The translations under genes were made by a program, and so were the position numbers. This document shows positions 59,318 through 64,000 of a stretch of DNA of 64,000 nt, piece by piece (within the stretch, counting starts at the first letter, position 1; each line of letters starts with the position of its first letter). Below the pieces are notes generated by a model that was not told where the DNA came from, did no database searches, and saw only the letters and a program-made list of their open reading frames with translations. Source of the DNA: Octopus bimaculoides. Taxonomy: Eukaryota. Location of the stretch: contig NC_068996.1 in NCBI RefSeq assembly GCF_001194135.2, forward strand, positions 50,479,530 through 50,543,529. The letters run 5' to 3'.

Positions 59318-60662
59318 CTTCCGCTATCTGGGCGACCAAGTTAGTAGTGGGGGTGGGTGCGCTGAAAGTGTAGCTGCTAGAATAAGAATAGCCTGGGCAA
59401 AGTTTAGAGAGCTCTTACCCCTGCTGGCGACAAAGGGACTCTCACTCAGAGTAAAAGGCAGACTGTATGACGCATGCGTACGAACAACCATGCTACATGG
59501 CAGTGAAACATGGGCTGTAACTGCTGAGGACATACGTAAGCTCGCAAGGAATGAAGCCAGTNNNNNNNNNNNNNNNNNNNNNNNNNNNNNNNNNNNNNNN
59601 NNNNNNNNNNNNNNNNNNNNNNNNNNNNNNNNNNNNNNNNNNNNNNNNNNNNNNNNNNNNNNNNNNNNNNNNNNNNNNNNNNNNNNNNNNNNNNNNNNNN
59701 NNNNNNNNNNNNNNNNNNNNNNNNNNNNNNNNNNNNNNNNNNNNNNNNNNNNNNNNNNNNNNNNNNNNNNNNNNNNNNNNNNNNNNNNNNNNNNNNNNNN
59801 NNNNNNNNNNNNNNNNNNNNNNNNNNNNNNNNNNNNNNNNNNNNNNNNNNNNNNNNNNNNNNNNNNNNNNNNNNNNNNNNNNNNNNNNNNNNNNNNNNNN
59901 NNNNNNNNNNNNNNNNNNNNNNNNNNNNNNNNNNNNNNNNNNNNNNNNNNNNNNNNNNNNNNNNNNNNNNNNNNNNNNNNNNNNNNNNNNNNNNNNNNNN
60001 NNNNNNNNNNNNNNNNNNNNNNNNNNNNNNNNNNNNNNNNNNNNNNNNNNNNNNNNNNNNNNNNNNNNNNNNNNNNNNNNNNNNNNNNNNNNNNNNNNNN
60101 NNNNNNNNNNNNNNNNNNNNNNNNNNNNNNNNNNNNNNNNNNNNNNNNNNNNNNNNNNNNNNNNNNNNNNNNNNNNNNNNNNNNNNNNNNNNNNNNNNNN
60201 NNNNNNNNNNNNNNNNNNNNNNNNNNNNNNNNNNNNNNNNNNNNNNNNNNNNNNNNNNNNNNNNNNNNNNNNNNNNNNNNNNNNNNNNNNNNNNNNNNNN
60301 NNNNNNNNNNNNNNNNNNNNNNNNNNNNNNNNNNNNNNNNNNNNNNNNNNNNNNNNNNNNNNNNNNNNNNNNNNNNNNNNNNNNNNNNNNNNNNNNNNNN
60401 NNNNNNNNNNNNGGACTGGCTTGTGCGGGTGGCACATAAAAGACACCATTTCGAGCGTGGCCGTTTTCGTGCGGGTGACACGTAAAAGCACCCACTACAC
60501 TCTCTGAGTGGTTGGCGTTAGGAAGGGCATCCAGCTGTAGAAACTCTGCCAAATCGGACTGGAGCCTGGTGTTGCCATCCGGTTTCACCAGTCCTCAGTC
60601 AAATCGTCCAACCCATGCTAGCATGGAAAGCGGACGTTAAACGATGATGATGATGATGATGA
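59318..60662 (+). mobile_element. Young 5'-truncated RTE LINE interrupted by assembly gap 59562-60412
   Basis: Open frame FRYLGDQVSSGGGCAESVAARIRIAWAKFRELLPLLATKGLSLRVKGRLYDACVRTTMLHGSETWAVTAEDIRKLARNEAS (RTE post-RT region). CpG-rich 3' UTR and (GAT)n tail after the gap. Confidence 0.9.
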
Positions 60663-60689
60663 TATATATATATATTGTGTTACATATAT

Positions 60690-61045
60690 TGTGGCACTCC
60701 GTCGGTTATGGCGATGAGGGTTCCAGTTGATCTGATCAATGGAACAGCCTGCTCGTGAAATTAATGTGCAAGTGTCTGATCACTCCACAGACACATATTC
60801 CCTTAACATAGTTCTTGGGGATATTCAGCGTGACACAGAGTGTGACAAGGCTGGCCCTTTGAAATACAGGTGCAACAGAAACAAGAAGAAAGTTGTGGTG
60901 AAAGAGTACAGCAGGGTTCGCCACCACATCCCTGCCGAAGCCTCGTGGAGCTTTAGGTATTTTCACTCAATAAACACTTGCATCACCTGGTCTGGGAATT
61001 GAAACTGCAATCCTACAACTGTGAGTTTGTTGCCCTAACCACTGT
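60690..61045 (-). mobile_element. tRNA-derived SINE family C, representative copy
   Basis: Shares ggaacagcctgctcgtgaaattaa / ctccacagacac with 42440-42690(+) and 43530-43720(-). Related tRNA-like heads at 15443-15530, 41700-41980, 46440-46608 and 62958-63200. Confidence 0.65.
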
Positions 61046-61056
61046 GCCTCCACATT

Positions 61057-61109
<53 letters not shown>

Positions 61110-63535
61110 TGTGTGTGTATGTGAATGTTTGTGCAAGTTTATTCATATTTGTTCTATGTTAATATGATGGTAAATCTTTGTAAACAATGAAAAAAAGAAG
61201 TCTTGCTCTATGTTTGAGCTGTTTGTTGGTTCATAAACTAAATCAGGGGGCCCTAACCAATCACCAGACCATGGATCATTTGATACCAGGCCGCACAGGA
61301 AGAATAAATTTTAGAATTTTATTTCTATTTTACTGACTACCACAGCATGCAGAGTATTCATTTTGAAAATTTACCACTTCTGTTTGTGCATGATATACAA
61401 TATCCTAATAAAATTTTATATTATGCACTTTATAGTGTTTTGTTATCAAGTAAATCTGTTGGCATGTTACAAAATATACGTTAAACTTTAGGAAATATTT
61501 GCTACAATATAATAAAAATAGGCGTTTGGCAAACAAGCCATGATGATATGTTTGAGCATCCTTTTGGTCTTGTTCAGGACATGACAACCTCTCTAGTATT
61601 GGTGCCATGATAAAATGTACCCGATCCACTCAGAAGATGACAGGAAAGACATCCAGCTGTAGAAACTAAGCCATAATTTAAAAATGAGTAAGACATGGTC
61701 TTGCAAACCTCTATATAGAAGGATATAACTTCATTATAAGAACTGAACTCAAACCAAGATGACTCATCCAGTCCATGTTAGCATGGAAAGCAGGTGTAAA
61801 AATGGTGATGTTGATGAAGGTGTAAAGGAAATTATGTTTCAAAAAAATGTTAAGAAGTTGTCTTTTACTTGTTTCAGTCATTAGACTGTAGCCATGATGT
61901 GATACTATCATGGAGGGTTCAGCGATTTTCAACCGGGGTCCACACAAGCAGAATTGGGGATCCACAGTAGTATATTAAGGGTCCATAAAATTATTGGTTG
62001 GGCTTCCACACAGTTTCTACCAAATTGACTCAAAGCATCACTCAGCTTGGTGACATCTGGTCAAGGTGCTGTATTGTAGGTCTGAACCAAAATCAATTGG
62101 TTGCAAAGTGACCTTCTTAACCACGAAGCCATACTTAAAAAAAAAAGAATAAATTTTCCATAACTTTGAATTTTCGTGTATAGTCTAGAAAACTCAGGTG
62201 AGGCACATACCTGAATATTGCTCTCAAATCTGAGACAGAGCTGCTCATCCACATACAGACATTTTAGACTGCATCCAGAAAAGGGTCACCTGACTACCAT
62301 AAAAGTCACACACACACTCCATGCTTTAAGTTTAACAAATCTTAATATAGTGCACTTGAAAAATGTTGACTGATATAGTATTTTTCAGTCCCATGTTCCT
62401 TTCAGTAAACCCGACCACTCTGTTTCTTTGCTTCTCCTCTCAACTATACCACATCTCATTGCTCTAAATATGTTTAATTTCTCTCTCTTTCTACCTCTTC
62501 CTTCAACTAACTATTTAACCACGTAATACTAATACTAAACCACATAATACTAATCCCTTTCTCCTAGCTCTCACCACTACCACATTCCTCTCTCTTTCAT
62601 TTTCTTCCTCCCCCTCTCTCTCTCTCTTTCTCTGTCTCTCTCAACTAACCATGTGACAGCCTTAGTACATTAATATATAGATTATTATTATTATTATTAA
62701 GGCAGTAAGCTAGCAGAAATTTTTAGCAGTATTTCTTTTGGCTTTTTTACATTCTGACCTCAAATTCCACTGAGGTCAACTGTGCCTTTCATTATTTTGA
62801 GATCGATGAAATAAGTATCAACTGAGCAGTGGGGTGGATGTAATCAACTTACCCCTTCCCTCAAAATTTCATGCTTTAGAGGAATGCAAGATCAAGATAC
62901 AAGGTGAATATAAGGGATGGAATAGGATACATATATATATCTTTATATATGTGTGTGAGGACGTATGGCCTAGTGGTTAAGGAGTTGCACTACTGATTGC
63001 TAGATCATGATTTCAATTCCTAGACCAGGTGGTGCATTGTGTTCTTGAGCAAAAGCAAACTTCATCTCACATTGTCCTGTGATCACTTCGACACCTGATG
63101 TGTGGTACCTAATACACCTGCTCAGACACCATCAATTTGATGGGGGAGTGAGGTGAGCTAATGTACAGTATATACATTTGATCACTATAAGCAAATCATT
63201 TGGCAAAAGATTAACTTATGGTGATACTTAAAAAAAAAAAAAGGAAATTCTTTTTAAAATCAAGCTTGAAAATTTCCTGATAAACAAGTGGTCATATTAT
63301 ATTTTTTCACTTTCTTTTTCATATGAATTGACCCTTGTCTGCATGTGTATAGATCATGGTATATACCTATGTGTGTAGACACATGTGGATACATACATAC
63401 ATACATACATACATATGTGACTGTGTGTCTGTGTGTGTGTACAGTGATGGAATTGAGGGTTTCATTTCTTTACAAGATGATTTCTTAATTTCACCAGAGT
63501 ATAAATACTTATAATGGTGATACTTTAAAAAAAAT

Positions 63536-64000
63536 TACGATTTGACTGAGGACTGGTGAAACCAGATGGCTGCACCAGGCTCCAAACACTGGCAACGATC
63601 TCGCTCGAAAATCCTACGAAGGCCAGTCAGGCGGTACTGGCAACGGCCACGCTCAAAATTGTGTATTTCATGTGTCATCCGCACAAGAGCCAATCCAGGG
63701 GCACTGGCAACGATCTCGCTCGAAAATCCTACGACGGCCCCGCACAAGAGCCAGTCCAGGGGCACTGGCAACGATCTCACTCGAAAGTCCTTACACATGC
63801 TGCGGGCACAAGTGCCAGAATGGCGACACTGGGCACAGGTGCCATCACGATTTCGATTTCGCTTGCCCCAATAAGTCTTCGCAAGCTGAGTTTCGTGTCC
63901 AATGAGGGAGACGACGTTGGCATGGGTGCCAGTCGTCAAATTTCATTCGATTTCGATTTCACTTGCCTCAACAGGTCTTCGCAAGTGGAGTTTAGTGTCC
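63536..64000 (-). mobile_element. Young RTE LINE 3' UTR with tandem modules; runs off the window end
   Basis: Starts with tail sequence cgatttgactgaggactggtgaaacc, then repeated gcacaagagccagtccaggggcactggcaacgatctc modules shared with 38540-38666. Confidence 0.8.

Noticed and set aside
63580-63800. Repeat-spacer-like pattern suggesting a CRISPR array
   Set aside because: Eukaryotic context, irregular units, and the intervening segments are themselves repeated RTE UTR modules.

Overview
AT-rich, repeat-dense animal genomic DNA with nine assembly gaps. The SINE, RTE and MITE families and the intron sizes suggest a cephalopod, probably Octopus; this is an inference from recalled repeat families, not a database result. 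The window holds one protein-coding gene, + strand BCKDK (branched-chain alpha-ketoacid dehydrogenase kinase). Ten GT-AG coding exons from 8368 to 51585 splice into 349 aa plus stop. The exon encoding the N-terminus was not found and probably lies upstream of the window. The ORF track misses most exons, and its long ORFs are microsatellite or N-gap artefacts, apart from RTE and mariner fragments. Introns contain tRNA-derived SINEs, RTE LINE fragments, a CR1/L2 3' fragment, two decayed DD37D (maT) mariners, and hAT, piggyBac-like and Tc1-like MITEs. The most notable findings are: (1) four sequence-distinct type I hammerhead ribozyme motifs of the Penelope-like-element kind, each with its own palindromic stem III, one inside a 243-bp palindrome with a perfect 14-bp target-site duplication; (2) several long foldbacks and inverted repeat pairs that would form dsRNA in the pre-mRNA; (3) a CpG-retaining, repeat-free island with a TATA box inside an otherwise CpG-depleted intron.
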